IMG/VR virus record: IMGVR_UViG_3300020118_000165
Location: 7,703 to 71,702 of that record
Direction: 5' to 3' (one strand)
Length of the DNA: 64,000 nucleotides
DNA from: a virus
The notes under the pieces are model-generated. The model saw only the letters and a program-made list of their open reading frames with translations. It was not told the DNA's origin and did not search any database. The position numbers and the translations under genes were made by a program. Positions 63,501 to 64,000 of the stretch are shown here, in pieces. Every line of letters begins with the position of its first letter. Positions within the stretch are counted from its first letter, which is position 1.

Positions 63501-64000
63501 CCCCGACGCCCGCAGTCCACGTCCAGCTGGCGCCACTCTGGGCCGACGAGAATGCCTGGTAGACGTCCCTGATTTCGCTGAGGGTCGCGCCGCCGTTGGA
63601 TGGGCTGGCCCCCATCGAGGTCCAGCCTGTGTCAGGTCCGCCCGCGGGCTCCGTGGTGCCCTCGAACATGAAGCCGACTGGCTTCGACGCGTCCGTCGTG
63701 ATTCCAGTGACGGTCGGCACCGTCGCGCCGCCGTCCGCGGACGCCGGCAACGACGCGTTCGTGTCCCACGGCGACGACGGGTCCTCTACCCCCTGGCACT
63801 CGACAGCGGCGATAGTCGCGTTCGTAGGCGTGCCGGACGAGGTGACCGTGATAACCTCGTTGGTGAGCGCGCTCGGGACGTAGGCCCACCAGACCTCCAT
63901 CTCCTGGTGCCAGGTATCGTTGCCGGCGGAGTTGATCCTGGAGTGCGAAGCGCCGGTGCGCTTCGCGAACGTCAGGTTCGCGCTGGTGACCGAAGCGACG
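60499..64000 (-). CDS. Large tail tip/baseplate protein (partial, start beyond right edge) with LALSEAAP-type repeats
   Basis: Frame stays open past 63900 to the edge; PLFFGRLVGIP, VHKI-like C-terminal region; repeats shared with 1640-5305. Confidence 0.7.
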   Translation of the reverse strand, partial: VASVTSANLTFAKRTGASHSRINSAGNDTWHQEMEVWWAYVPSALTNEVITVTSSGTPTNATIAAVECQGVEDPSSPWDTNASLPASADGGATVPTVTGITTDASKPVGFMFEGTTEPAGGPDTGWTSMGASPSNGGATLSEIRDVYQAFSSAQSGASWTWTAGVGDWMVVADAFSMVPVVASAALALSEAAPTAYISIVAPEADLALAAIAPGLNLQVSVGAQALALSASTPVVSSSTLTVPSAGISLAENAPGLGLQVTVGPASASLSAQSPEVILSIAAPAAHLVLSGNAPAILLRFDAVPGSASLVLTPEIPFVDVHTQTAGPFYFALVDAEDNFFVPNFVRNDLDVLAFSVEHDESDVAKASVDIKNPRHGLLQPGAKLWAWLSYRDWRTDLVTPLFFGRLVGIPDDMENEVITLQYVAKPIDYAFRLQAAAEALRARPGYDPVFADISKQDDPNTILEGYSRLWHVDRVTHAVTSSDVLVGEDGTEVFQQEEVPYDSVKQRKQQSPLSIVKMDATVNWTQYSKGGIDLGQQTVRTYIGEQLISAWPKPYTSLGDGWSTRYCYALDKLGTAFAELLTINTAFQNTEATHQEGDIMSSQSSWTVPSFDGSISKDFLSYKLLEERTAAVIDGSDPDFVDIPTATDKITTFYVLPWLVETYMSVEYEASRPRTERIRFTLQSDIQPVLTQEQSPLGPPGETPDFETISLQGADVGELLPTVVHWQTIANTVVTVGIIVLRENENSYQVCIAEGLTGEVEPAFSDVAGVVVSDNLATWASMGPTLPLPVPTIGYSTFYPAGSLIYSPPIIDGPYQSDASFLLVLAGGASTGTGLDSLGRGPIILLPNGQPVPGPVVPALATLTGDFLNLGDGSGGTSTTGPFASTVYIPIGNVASGEYFPTDRGLRSVEHLIARAAARLRIRARVVEIEFDCPFERAIQLSCRKNAVLYDPRLPGGVAAGKIISYSFSASGDTQLLIGHVKIGCSVGLGNSIGAIEGTPEYCDTDYVDIGYQMYDGAENLLDTGDVAYTPPRGGQGVDDGLRFPLTKADVIANNVIGNADAQVVAIAEKVAFMQANIGIFGVNISGEPGFLTPFGALNPQTLLARQIWLNKQIQQLGFQQDAERAAQYVLSLPGINGGPFGQVFEIATSNLSIPMTIDLQAPSSP

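Noticed and set aside
57796-64000. Diversity-generating retroelement acting on tail genes
   Set aside because: No RT and no TR/VR pair seen
1-64000. tRNA genes, integrase/att sites, inteins
   Set aside because: None recognised by eye; terminase and helicase have normal lengths; lifestyle cannot be decided from this window

Overview
The window holds most of a GC-rich tailed dsDNA phage or prophage genome. An alphaproteobacterial host is likely (GcrA-, GapR-, DUF3489- and NusG-like genes); this is inference. The minus strand from about 23 kb to the left edge carries the late operon: NusG-like antiterminator, terminases, portal with a fused 2H-phosphoesterase (Acb1-like) domain, MuF, DUF2213 protease/scaffold, DUF2184 capsid and head-tail genes. 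The minus strand from 24 to 39 kb carries replication and accessory genes. The plus strand from 39.4 to 47 kb carries early genes, including RecE/RecT. The minus strand from 47 to 64 kb carries tail genes, a radical SAM/methyltransferase/glycosyltransferase cluster and the lysis genes. Main leads: (1) a probable virion glycan-modification system whose large glycosyltransferase begins with a ~55-aa domain paralogous to the small protein encoded just after the major capsid gene; (2) several non-coding elements closed by long inverted repeats, and one promoter-linked pseudoknot flanked by GGNNN pentamer tracts; (3) candidate anti-defence genes (portal-Acb1 fusion, a CapW-like HTH lacking its WYL sensor); (4) a recurrent start-associated motif YGATGGAG. 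Four small genes are frameshifted, so indel errors are possible and fusions need read-level confirmation. No integrase, tRNA, CRISPR array or reverse transcriptase was recognised. All family calls come from motif recognition by eye, not database searches.
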